Shown here: positions 54,458 through 62,022 of the stretch, in pieces
How the letters are laid out: each line of letters begins with the position of its first letter
How positions within the stretch are numbered: position 1 is the first letter of the stretch
Virus record (IMG/VR): IMGVR_UViG_3300017710_000003
Coordinates: 1 to 62,022 of that record
Source: a virus
Taxonomy: Duplodnaviria > Caudoviricetes
DNA: 62,022 nucleotides
Strand: one strand, 5' to 3'
Position numbers and translations under genes: made by a program
The notes under the pieces: generated by a model
Database searches by the model: none
What the model was told of the DNA's origin: nothing
What the model saw: the letters and a program-made list of their open reading frames with translations, nothing else

Positions 54458-56943
54458 GTAAAGAAACTTTCTAAAGTTGCTGTTTTTTCTAGTTCCCAGT
54501 TGATAGCATTTAAGATGAACTTTAGTGGATCTGTAAATGTTTTTTCAAACTGACCATCATAATCTACGTATTGTTTTAATTTAAACTCTTTAGGTAGATA
54601 TGTTGAAAAAGAAATAACGGTATCTTTAACAGAGTTGGGTTGTTTTAACATTAAAAATTTTATTTTATCACCTTCTTTAATTATAGGATATCTTTGTTCT
54701 AAATTATGTTTACGTAAATGATGATTATAAAGTAAAGAACCTTTTACATGAATAGGTGTACCTTTCTTATAAATTTGTGATGAGTCAATATATTTTTGTA
54801 AGTTATTACATGATCTAGGAAACGCAATACTTTCTGGACTTAAATTTTTAAATTGTGTTTTAAAATCTGCAACAAACTTAATCAAATCATCTTCGGATTG
54901 ATTCATAATAACTCGTATTGCCTCTTTAATTTTACCTCTACAAACTTCAGGTGTAGATGACTTAACTGCTTCAACACCCATAACTTTAAGTTTAGGATAT
55001 TCATATCTAACACCTTCTTCATCATACATATTTAAAATATATCTTTTCTTAGCAATCCATATGCCTTTGTTGGCAATTGCTTCTCGTTTCATAATCATTT
55101 TTTGTTCATAGGCATTTACATATTCTGCAAGATTTTCGAAACTCTTATCAATAACTTTTTGTATCTTCTCTTCAGCGGCCTTGTTTAAAAAATCTGTAAT
55201 CTGTTGAGGTGTTTTATCTTTACAAGTTTTTTGTATTAATTCATCTAATCTTAAATAGATTGAATCTGTATCAGACGCAACTACATAATTTTGATTATCT
55301 GTACCTAATACTTTATTCATAAACTTGTTTATATCTTTTTCTACCCAACGAATAGTTAACTGACCACCCATAGTAATCGCTTCTGCCTGGTTCTTTTCAA
55401 AGTATCTAAAGTATTGATTGCCGATTGCACCATAAGCAGAGTTTAGAGATATTTTCTTTGCCATTTGTATGTTGTGACATCTACTAATTTCTTTTTTGTA
55501 AATAGGGTCTTTTGTTTTTTGATATTCTTGTTTTGCTTTTATCATCTTCTTTTTAAAGATAACTCTAGCGTCATAATTCTTTTTCATTAACTCAGGTAAA
55601 AAACCTTGTTTGTCTCTTCTAAACAAAGCACCATTAGGTGCAATAGTTAAGTTTTTTTCTTTTAACCATTTAAGATTAAACTTTTGATTAAGATAATTTT
55701 CTACACCTATATTTTTAGGTTCTACACCTACATAAGTTTCAGGACTATTATTGTATTGCATAATTAAATGAGGATACAAACTATTTAAATCGAAAGAAAC
55801 AACCCACTTATGTAATCCTAGTTGTGGGTCTTTTACATATGCGCCTTCAAATTGTGTTGCCTTATCATGGTCTTCTCTTGGTGGTATTGCAATTTTCTTT
55901 TTATGTAAATGATTATAGATTAAAGTATCCCAACATCTTACTTGCGAATAAACATCTGTATAATTAACTTTAAAGTCATATGCCATAGTTAAGCATAGAT
56001 CAATCAAACCCATTTTATCTTCTAGTCTATCAACTAATTCTACATCTTGGATATTATACTCAACAAACTTTTGATAATCATTTGTATAAAACTCTTTAAA
56101 TGTGTCATAAGGATTATCTAATTTAGATTCACCTAATTCTACTTTTGCAATGTAATTAAGTTTATAAGACTCTTGTCTAACATAGGTAAACTTTTTATAT
56201 AAATCAAAATAATCTAATACAGATATGCCTAACATATTCCAGTATTGTTGATTCTTTGTTCCTAATTGTACTCGTTCAGCGTTAACATAATTCCAAGGCG
56301 ACATTTTATTAATTGTGTCATTATCAAATATTGTTCTCATTCTATTCATTAGATAAGGTATGTCAAAGAACTTAACATTCCAACCAGTGACAATATCAGG
56401 ATGATTTTTACACCAGAACTTTAGAAACTCTAATAGTAAATGTTTTTCGTTTTCACATTTGACATAGGTTACATTTGATTTCTTTGTTAAGAAGTCACCG
56501 ATACCCCAAGTTAAGATTTGTTTATTACTATGATTTTTGACCGTAATACAAATAATAGGCTCTCTTGCAGTATCAGGATCAGGAAAACCATGTTCACATT
56601 CACACTCTAAATCAAGCGTAAAGATTTTAATTTTATCTTTGTCCCACTGTATATCTTTAGGATATTCATTTGCGATATATTGATAATTATATCTTGTCAT
56701 GCCATATACTTTAAACTCAGGCATAGACTTATATGTTTCAATAAATTGTTTTGCTTTTACTATACTACCAAACTTCTTATCTGTGACGTTTTTACCATCA
56801 AGTGTTTTAAATTCAGTATTGTTTTTTGTAGGTATGAATAGAGTAGGTTCATAATTAATTCTACTTAAATATGATTGTCCGTTTGCAACACCTCTAATTA
56901 AAAGTTTGCCTCTATATTCTATAACATTTGTGTAAAAATTCAT
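54454..56943 (-). CDS. gp43: family B DNA polymerase
   Basis: DLE exonuclease motif, DLNSLYP, K...NSAYG, SDTDS and KKRY. Confidence 0.97.
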   Translation of the reverse strand: MNFYTNVIEYRGKLLIRGVANGQSYLSRINYEPTLFIPTKNNTEFKTLDGKNVTDKKFGSIVKAKQFIETYKSMPEFKVYGMTRYNYQYIANEYPKDIQWDKDKIKIFTLDLECECEHGFPDPDTAREPIICITVKNHSNKQILTWGIGDFLTKKSNVTYVKCENEKHLLLEFLKFWCKNHPDIVTGWNVKFFDIPYLMNRMRTIFDNDTINKMSPWNYVNAERVQLGTKNQQYWNMLGISVLDYFDLYKKFTYVRQESYKLNYIAKVELGESKLDNPYDTFKEFYTNDYQKFVEYNIQDVELVDRLEDKMGLIDLCLTMAYDFKVNYTDVYSQVRCWDTLIYNHLHKKKIAIPPREDHDKATQFEGAYVKDPQLGLHKWVVSFDLNSLYPHLIMQYNNSPETYVGVEPKNIGVENYLNQKFNLKWLKEKNLTIAPNGALFRRDKQGFLPELMKKNYDARVIFKKKMIKAKQEYQKTKDPIYKKEISRCHNIQMAKKISLNSAYGAIGNQYFRYFEKNQAEAITMGGQLTIRWVEKDINKFMNKVLGTDNQNYVVASDTDSIYLRLDELIQKTCKDKTPQQITDFLNKAAEEKIQKVIDKSFENLAEYVNAYEQKMIMKREAIANKGIWIAKKRYILNMYDEEGVRYEYPKLKVMGVEAVKSSTPEVCRGKIKEAIRVIMNQSEDDLIKFVADFKTQFKNLSPESIAFPRSCNNLQKYIDSSQIYKKGTPIHVKGSLLYNHHLRKHNLEQRYPIIKEGDKIKFLMLKQPNSVKDTVISFSTYLPKEFKLKQYVDYDGQFEKTFTDPLKFILNAINWELEKTATLESFFT

Positions 56944-56950
56944 TATCTAT

Positions 56951-56979
56951 ATTATACTTCACTTTTTCAAAAAAGTCAA
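56951..56979 (-). promoter_or_regulatory. sigma70 promoter for gp43
   Basis: TTGACT-N17-TATAAT. Confidence 0.75.
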
Positions 56980-56984
56980 ATTGA

Positions 56985-57317
56985 CTATGTTGGTATCTTA
57001 ACCGTAAGTCCATCGTGTTTTTTTTCTAAAAATATTTGACAAGATAATCTACTATTATCTTTTGCCAAGGGTTCATAATCTAATAATTCTTGTTCGGCAC
57101 TATTGTTTTTAATCTTGCCTGTCTTTTTAATCCAGTCATCTTCTACTATGACATGACAAGTGGCACACGAACAACAACCACTACAATCAGCATAGATTTC
57201 ATCAATAGCTTCTGGCGCATAATCTCTTGCAGCCTCCATTAATGTTCTGCCTGGGTCTACCTCTACTTCAACTTTACGACCATCTTGTTGAATAAAATAT
57301 ACTTTTATTTTCTCCAT
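56985..57317 (-). CDS. fdx: 2Fe-2S ferredoxin (adrenodoxin/ISC type)
   Basis: CSGCCSCATCHV and SRLSCQI. Confidence 0.9.
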   Translation of the reverse strand: MEKIKVYFIQQDGRKVEVEVDPGRTLMEAARDYAPEAIDEIYADCSGCCSCATCHVIVEDDWIKKTGKIKNNSAEQELLDYEPLAKDNSRLSCQIFLEKKHDGLTVKIPT

Positions 57318-57910
57318 ATAAATGTTTTATCAAAAAAAGATATTGGGTTATCTATTTTATTTCGTTCTCTAAATTCTGCTATGCCTAATTTTACTACATT
57401 TAAGTGTGTATCGTGTCCTGCAAATAGACCACCTTTTTTAACTTTAGGATACCATGTTTCTAAACTATCTATAATCTCTTTATGATTTGTATAGTTATCT
57501 ACAAACACAAAATCTAAACTTTCATTATCAAATTTTTTTGAAGCTTCTATATGGTCTTCTTCTATAATCTTTGCCTTATCTTTATGGCCTGAAAATTTTA
57601 TAGAGTGATAAGCACTTAATTTAATACTCTCTATTTGTTTTTCATCATAGATAGCATCCACATTTTTCATATCATAATTTTCAATAAGATAATCTGTATA
57701 TGGTTTGTATCTATCTATACCGTAAAGTAATTTTATATTAGGACAATTTTGAAGTAATGTACAAAAAGATTTAGCAAAGAATACACCAACTTCAACACCT
57801 ACAAGGTCTTTGCCTTGAAGGTTTATACAATGTATAATACTTTGTATATCACATTGCTTGTTGTCAATGTAATCGTAGTATTGTGATTTAGGTTTGCCTA
57901 ATTGTTCCAT
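57305..57910 (-). CDS. SAM methyltransferase (Methyltransf_24-like)
   Basis: GVEVGV, LDFVFVD and W.PK.K.GG...GHD. Confidence 0.75.
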   Translation of the reverse strand: MEQLGKPKSQYYDYIDNKQCDIQSIIHCINLQGKDLVGVEVGVFFAKSFCTLLQNCPNIKLLYGIDRYKPYTDYLIENYDMKNVDAIYDEKQIESIKLSAYHSIKFSGHKDKAKIIEEDHIEASKKFDNESLDFVFVDNYTNHKEIIDSLETWYPKVKKGGLFAGHDTHLNVVKLGIAEFRERNKIDNPISFFDKTFIWRK

Positions 57911-58227
57911 TACACTATCAATTTTGGTTTTGCCGATTTAATTGTGCTTGTGTTTTGTTCATAAGCCTCTTTAATCTTATCATCTGGATTAGTAATTGTA
58001 ATTATATTTGCGAATTTAATTTTAATTACTTTGTCCTCAGTATAAGGTATGTACGGATGAAAACCAATAGTCGCCTGTCCTGTACCTTGTCTCATTGGTA
58101 TTAGTACAAATGGTCGATCTATGTATTGATAGTCTATGTGATTTGTTTCTTCACCATCAACATCTTCGGCTGTTAGTTGTTTACCTATAAGGTCCTCACC
58201 TGTTGTCAGCCTATATAACTTAATCAT
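57910..58227 (-). CDS. conserved T4-like small protein (Sm-like)
   Basis: RLTTGEDLI...P...PY pattern. Confidence 0.5.
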   Translation of the reverse strand: MIKLYRLTTGEDLIGKQLTAEDVDGEETNHIDYQYIDRPFVLIPMRQGTGQATIGFHPYIPYTEDKVIKIKFANIITITNPDDKIKEAYEQNTSTIKSAKPKLIV

Positions 58228-58247
58228 AATATATCCTCACTAGTTAA

Positions 58248-58682
58248 TTATTTAACGTCTTCTTTTTTTTCTTCTGTTTTTTTACCAATATTATATTTTG
58301 CTTGTAAGTTCCACTCTTTCTTATCTTTGAAAGCAATTATTTTTATCTGTGATAAAGGTGCTTTGTTTTCTAACTCATCTGGTCTTACTACTGATAGTAA
58401 ACTCCAGTCTTGTAATAAAGCACTAATTGTATTTCTTCTCTGAATATCATTGATAGATAGAGTAGCAGTTTTACCATCTAAAGCAAACAACTCTTTAAAG
58501 TGTACAATATAATATTTACCTTGTTTATGTAAAATGTGGCAAGATTGAAATAGAGTTTTATCTTTTCTACTTGCAACACCAATACGAGATAAGGTCTCTC
58601 GTATCTTTAAAAAGTCATCTGGTTGTTTGAGTGTAACCTCTAACATACTTTCAGGTGACCAATTCAATTTTTCTTCACTCAT
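58248..58682 (-). CDS. regA: translational repressor
   Basis: FLKIRETL.RIG, QSCHILHKQG.YYIVHFKE and KY.IG. Confidence 0.93.
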   Translation of the reverse strand: MSEEKLNWSPESMLEVTLKQPDDFLKIRETLSRIGVASRKDKTLFQSCHILHKQGKYYIVHFKELFALDGKTATLSINDIQRRNTISALLQDWSLLSVVRPDELENKAPLSQIKIIAFKDKKEWNLQAKYNIGKKTEEKKEDVK

Positions 58683-59091
58683 GTTTCCCACCTACTGACA
58701 CTTTTTTAATTATAGTGCCTTGTTGTTCTTTTGATAATATGTCTAAAGCTACTCTTGCTTTTTCGTTGCTATAGCCATAATATTTTTTGATAGCGTCAAA
58801 TGCCTTTGATCTATTAGTGGTTGCCCACTTACTACCAAATCGTCTCATTCTTCTGATACTATTTATCAAAAAATGAAACTGTAATCTGTTGGATATATTT
58901 GCTCTTTGATTCATTTCATTAACAATAAAAATTAGGTCTTTGTGATAAGATAAACATCTATTGAGTACAAAGGCAGGGTATTTCTTTTCCCAAAATGGAT
59001 CTTCTTTATTCTCCATTAAGGGCTCTTTAGTGTAGTTTATTGCATTAAGATATTTACCTAATGAATAAATTTCATTATATTTTTTTTTCAT
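58675..59091 (-). CDS. gp62: clamp loader small subunit
   Basis: Y..F..NR.LS, NEMN and YYGYS..KA; position between gp44 and regA. Confidence 0.88.
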   Translation of the reverse strand: MKKKYNEIYSLGKYLNAINYTKEPLMENKEDPFWEKKYPAFVLNRCLSYHKDLIFIVNEMNQRANISNRLQFHFLINSIRRMRRFGSKWATTNRSKAFDAIKKYYGYSNEKARVALDILSKEQQGTIIKKVSVGGKHE

Positions 59092-59231
59092 TTTTTTCGT
59101 TTATTGTGTCTACCCATATACCAATCACCAGGTTCATAATTGTATCTTTTACCATGATGACCACGAATATCTGCGTACCACATTCTCAATTTTACTATCA
59201 TTCTAACAAACGGATTATGACTAATTATCAT
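59088..59231 (-). CDS. small basic protein (47 aa, not in ORF track)
   Basis: MIISHNPF...GRHNKRKK; ATGA overlaps at both ends. Confidence 0.55.
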   Translation of the reverse strand: MIISHNPFVRMIVKLRMWYADIRGHHGKRYNYEPGDWYMGRHNKRKK

Positions 59232-60175
59232 TTCTTAAATTCGCACCTTTGCATTACTTCAGTTAAACAAGCCACAATATTTATCTCATGGTCAGCCACA
59301 AAAGCGGATTTATATTGGTAATCAGCAATAATTAATACTGCTAGAGGTATTGTTTTAGGCACTAGTGATTTGTATAATGCCTCATATAGATTTGTAAATA
59401 GAGACGCAGGTTCTTTATCTAGGTTTTGTACGACCCATTGTCTCATTTTACCAAACTCTTTGTTCTTCAATAGATTAATTAACTCTTTTGTATGTATTTC
59501 AGAAAGAGATACTAGAATACCTGTATCTATCTTACCTCTTACTGAATACCTCTGTAATTCATTAATCGTTCTTCTAAAGTCTGGATAGTGTTTTTGAATT
59601 AACTCTGCTAATACTTTCTTATCATATTCTAAATGTTCTTCTTCTAATAGATAACAAAGTCTTTTTAAAAGCGCAGTAGCAGTTTTGACTTTTTGACCAT
59701 TATGTATCTCAAAATCAATAACTGTAGTACGACTTTGTAAAGCAGGTAGTATTTTGTTTTTGTAATTACAAGTAAAAATAAATCTACAATTCTTGTAAAA
59801 TGTTTCTATAAAGTTTCTTAACGCAGGCTGAACTGTTTCAGCATTCATGTAATCTGCCTCGTCAAGTATTACAACTTTATGATTTGAAGACTCTTCTAAC
59901 GATACTGAAGACGCAAAGTTTTTAATTTGATTTCTTAACGTATCAATATATCGACCTTCATCTGACCCATTAATAACAATATAATCACAACCTATCTCTT
60001 CACACAAAGCCTTTGCAACAGTAGTCTTACCTGTGCCTGCTCTGCCTGATAGTAATAGATTAGGGATTTCTTTGTTATCTACAAATTTTTGAAATGTATT
60101 TTTAAGGTCTTCACTTAAAATACAATCTTGTATTTTTCTAGGTCTGTATTTCTCAACCCATAAAAAATCTGACAT
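59228..60175 (-). CDS. gp44: clamp loader large subunit
   Basis: WVEKYRP, G.AGTGKT, LDEAD and SR. Confidence 0.95.
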   Translation of the reverse strand: MSDFLWVEKYRPRKIQDCILSEDLKNTFQKFVDNKEIPNLLLSGRAGTGKTTVAKALCEEIGCDYIVINGSDEGRYIDTLRNQIKNFASSVSLEESSNHKVVILDEADYMNAETVQPALRNFIETFYKNCRFIFTCNYKNKILPALQSRTTVIDFEIHNGQKVKTATALLKRLCYLLEEEHLEYDKKVLAELIQKHYPDFRRTINELQRYSVRGKIDTGILVSLSEIHTKELINLLKNKEFGKMRQWVVQNLDKEPASLFTNLYEALYKSLVPKTIPLAVLIIADYQYKSAFVADHEINIVACLTEVMQRCEFKK

Positions 60176-60197
60176 AATATATTCACCTCTCTTTTCA

Positions 60198-60776
60198 TTA
60201 TATAAATGTTGCCACTAATGTGACTCTTCTAGTGCCTGGTTCAGGAAGTATAGCAGTATGCCATCTTAATCCATCAAACACTACAGCCGTGTCTTCACAT
60301 GGCTTAATAGTTTCACCTTTCTTAATATTCTTATCTGGATAAGATTTAAACGCAGGTAAAACTGGTTTATCCTTATCATATTTAGTAGTCGAAACTAAAG
60401 TATTACCTTTTTTAGTTTGATTGAAATAGACTAATAAAACTTTATGTTCTCTTTCTGGATGATCCACATGCCAATCTGTAATAGGTGAAACACCAGCCTG
60501 AGTCATGTTAACACATATTCTAATTGGTTGAACAAAGTCTACCTTCATCTTGTCGGTAATATCTTTCATCAACTCTAAACAAAGTTTAAATCCTTCTTCA
60601 GATAATATCTTACCTTCTCTATCTACAATCTCATTGCCTAGAAAAGGAAACTTTTCTGAAGTTGATACAGGAGAATAAAACCAAGGGAACTTATGATGTA
60701 AGACCCTAGACTTAATCTCGTTATAAGATTTAAATTCAGTTAAGTTATGAAGATACTGAACTTTAGTATCTTTCAT
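60198..60776 (-). CDS. 2OG-Fe(II) oxygenase
   Basis: FPW, WHVD, G.T, VFDG..WH and R. Confidence 0.75.
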   Translation of the reverse strand: MKDTKVQYLHNLTEFKSYNEIKSRVLHHKFPWFYSPVSTSEKFPFLGNEIVDREGKILSEEGFKLCLELMKDITDKMKVDFVQPIRICVNMTQAGVSPITDWHVDHPEREHKVLLVYFNQTKKGNTLVSTTKYDKDKPVLPAFKSYPDKNIKKGETIKPCEDTAVVFDGLRWHTAILPEPGTRRVTLVATFI

Positions 60777-60777
60777 A

Positions 60778-61443
60778 TTAAAACTCCGAATCTGTCTCTA
60801 ACGCAATCCAGTATTCTATACTTATTTTTTTGTTTATGAAATGAGCAATCTTTGCTTTTGATAATGCAACATCATAATCACCTGGTATTACTTTTAGATT
60901 TTCTGCTTTAATATATGCAGTAAATTCTAAATTAGTTTCACCTACAGGTAAAGAAGACTCAGGTGCATTACTATTCTTTTTATCTAATGCAACTATCTCA
61001 ACTTTACCACCTTTACCTCTGATTGCAATATCAGGTAAAGATAATGTAGCAAACTGACCTTTAATCATATCAAAGTCTGATTGTTTCAGGTTAAAAGTAA
61101 CCGTCTTATCAGGCATTGATATTTCTTTTGATGGTGCTACTAATGTTGATTTCTCAGCAAATGGATATCTAGTTTTTAAAGATGAAGACTCATCTGTAAT
61201 TTTTAGATTTGCACTGCCGTTGAAATTTAATTTAGGTTTTAAGAATTTTTCGAATGATCGTAAGAACTCTGGTAAATCATAGATACCAAACTCTTGTTCG
61301 AACTCTTCTTCTATTTTTGCTTTTGCCATAATGTTTTTCATTGTTGACATTGTGGCAAGTGTTTTTCCTGGTTTAAACAGAATGTTCTGATTAATGTCGG
61401 AAAAGTTTCTCAATATAGAGATTGTACTTTCACTTAACTTCAT
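60778..61443 (-). CDS. gp45: sliding clamp
   Basis: MKLS..T..IL.NF..IN, FGIYDL.EFL and YWIALE. Confidence 0.93.
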   Translation of the reverse strand: MKLSESTISILRNFSDINQNILFKPGKTLATMSTMKNIMAKAKIEEEFEQEFGIYDLPEFLRSFEKFLKPKLNFNGSANLKITDESSSLKTRYPFAEKSTLVAPSKEISMPDKTVTFNLKQSDFDMIKGQFATLSLPDIAIRGKGGKVEIVALDKKNSNAPESSLPVGETNLEFTAYIKAENLKVIPGDYDVALSKAKIAHFINKKISIEYWIALETDSEF

Positions 61444-61472
61444 ATTATATTCTCCTCATAGTTAATAGATTT

Positions 61473-61514
61473 ATTATATAGTAAAAAAGGCGAGATGTCA
61501 ATAGTCTCGCCTTT
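61473..61514 (-). terminator. hsp20 intrinsic terminator with nested sigma70 promoter
   Basis: AAAGGCGAGA-CTATTGACA-TCTCGCCTTT+TTT; TTGACA-N17-TATAAT at 61473-61501. Confidence 0.75.
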
Positions 61515-61526
61515 CTATTTAATTGA

Positions 61527-61958
61527 TTATTTAATATCAATTGTCTTCAGTTTTTTAGCATCCGGGATAATCTTCTCCATAGATACTTTTAATAGACCGT
61601 CTTTTAACTCAGCGCCTTTGACTTCAATATCGTCAGCGATTGTAAATGATCTCTTAAAGTATCTTTTTGAAATACCTTTATGGATCACTTCACCATCTTT
61701 AGTATCTTTTGACTTCTCATCTTGTTTTGATTCGATAGTCAACATACCGTTCTCACTAGTAATGTTAATATCTTTTTTATTGAAGCCTGCAAGAGCAACC
61801 TCAATATCAAATTTATTGTCACCTGTTTTTACTAGATTGTATGGTGGGTAGTTTATCGTAGGTACTTCGAACATAGATTCGAAATGATCGAACATATCGT
61901 CAAATCCTACTGATAACGGTCTTAATTGATTGAAAATAGATAGTGCTTTATTGGTCAT
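61527..61958 (-). CDS. hsp20: small heat shock protein (IbpA-like)
   Basis: YPPYN, ALAGF, HKGIS.R.F.R.F and A.L.DGLL. Confidence 0.95.
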   Translation of the reverse strand: MTNKALSIFNQLRPLSVGFDDMFDHFESMFEVPTINYPPYNLVKTGDNKFDIEVALAGFNKKDINITSENGMLTIESKQDEKSKDTKDGEVIHKGISKRYFKRSFTIADDIEVKGAELKDGLLKVSMEKIIPDAKKLKTIDIK

Positions 61959-62015
61959 AAAAACCTCCTTTTGTTAAGCAAAGTTTATTTTCGACAACCC
62001 TATAAGGCGTTGTCT
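61959..62015 (-). promoter_or_regulatory. ROSE-like RNA thermometer in the hsp20 5' UTR
   Basis: upstream hairpin GACAAC...GUUGUC, then AAACUUUGCU...AGGAGGUUU able to pair over the SD. Confidence 0.55.
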
Positions 62016-62022
62016 ATTATTA

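Noticed and set aside
21239-56943. Introns or inteins in nrdA, nrdB, gp41, uvsX and gp43
   Set aside because: All are continuous and of normal length, with no splicing motifs seen.
1-62022. tRNA genes, CRISPR arrays, DGR or retron elements
   Set aside because: Intergenic gaps are short; no cloverleaf, spaced direct repeats or reverse transcriptase were seen by eye. tRNAscan or repeat finders would be needed to exclude them fully.
1-62022. Stop-codon reassignment
   Set aside because: Core genes are full length under the standard code and use TAA, TAG and TGA as stops.

Overview
A 62 kb AT-rich segment of a T4-like myovirus genome, densely coding and essentially all on the minus strand. The gene set most resembles marine alphaproteobacterial (SAR11/Pelagibacter-type) myophages; this is inferred from gene content and alpha-type LexA boxes, not from a database match. 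In transcription order (right to left) it contains: (1) hsp20 and the T4 replication block gp45-gp44-gp62-regA-gp43-uvsX-gp41, interleaved with ferredoxin, peroxiredoxin, two DNA methyltransferases and several 2OG-Fe(II) oxygenases; (2) a late-promoter block at about 33-45 kb whose proteins carry T4-style capsid-targeting N-termini and (I/L/V)xE prohead-protease-like junctions, including a ligase-like protein, adenylate kinase, a zeta-like kinase and a double nucleotidyltransferase polyprotein; (3) a probable spanin pair and secreted/membrane proteins; (4) primase and nrdA/nrdB; (5) a 12.5 kb sugar-modification island (AsnB, radical SAM, ColD, Gmd, six glycosyltransferase-like genes, flanked by two ParB-like genes); (6) an early region of small genes and lipoproteins under sigma70 promoters. 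The strongest candidate for a new system is the putative virion-packaged nucleotide/RNA-repair enzyme payload. Non-coding signals include paired LexA-box cassettes, an H-type pseudoknot, a ROSE-like thermometer and a promoter nested in a terminator. All calls are from reading motifs by eye; no searches were run.
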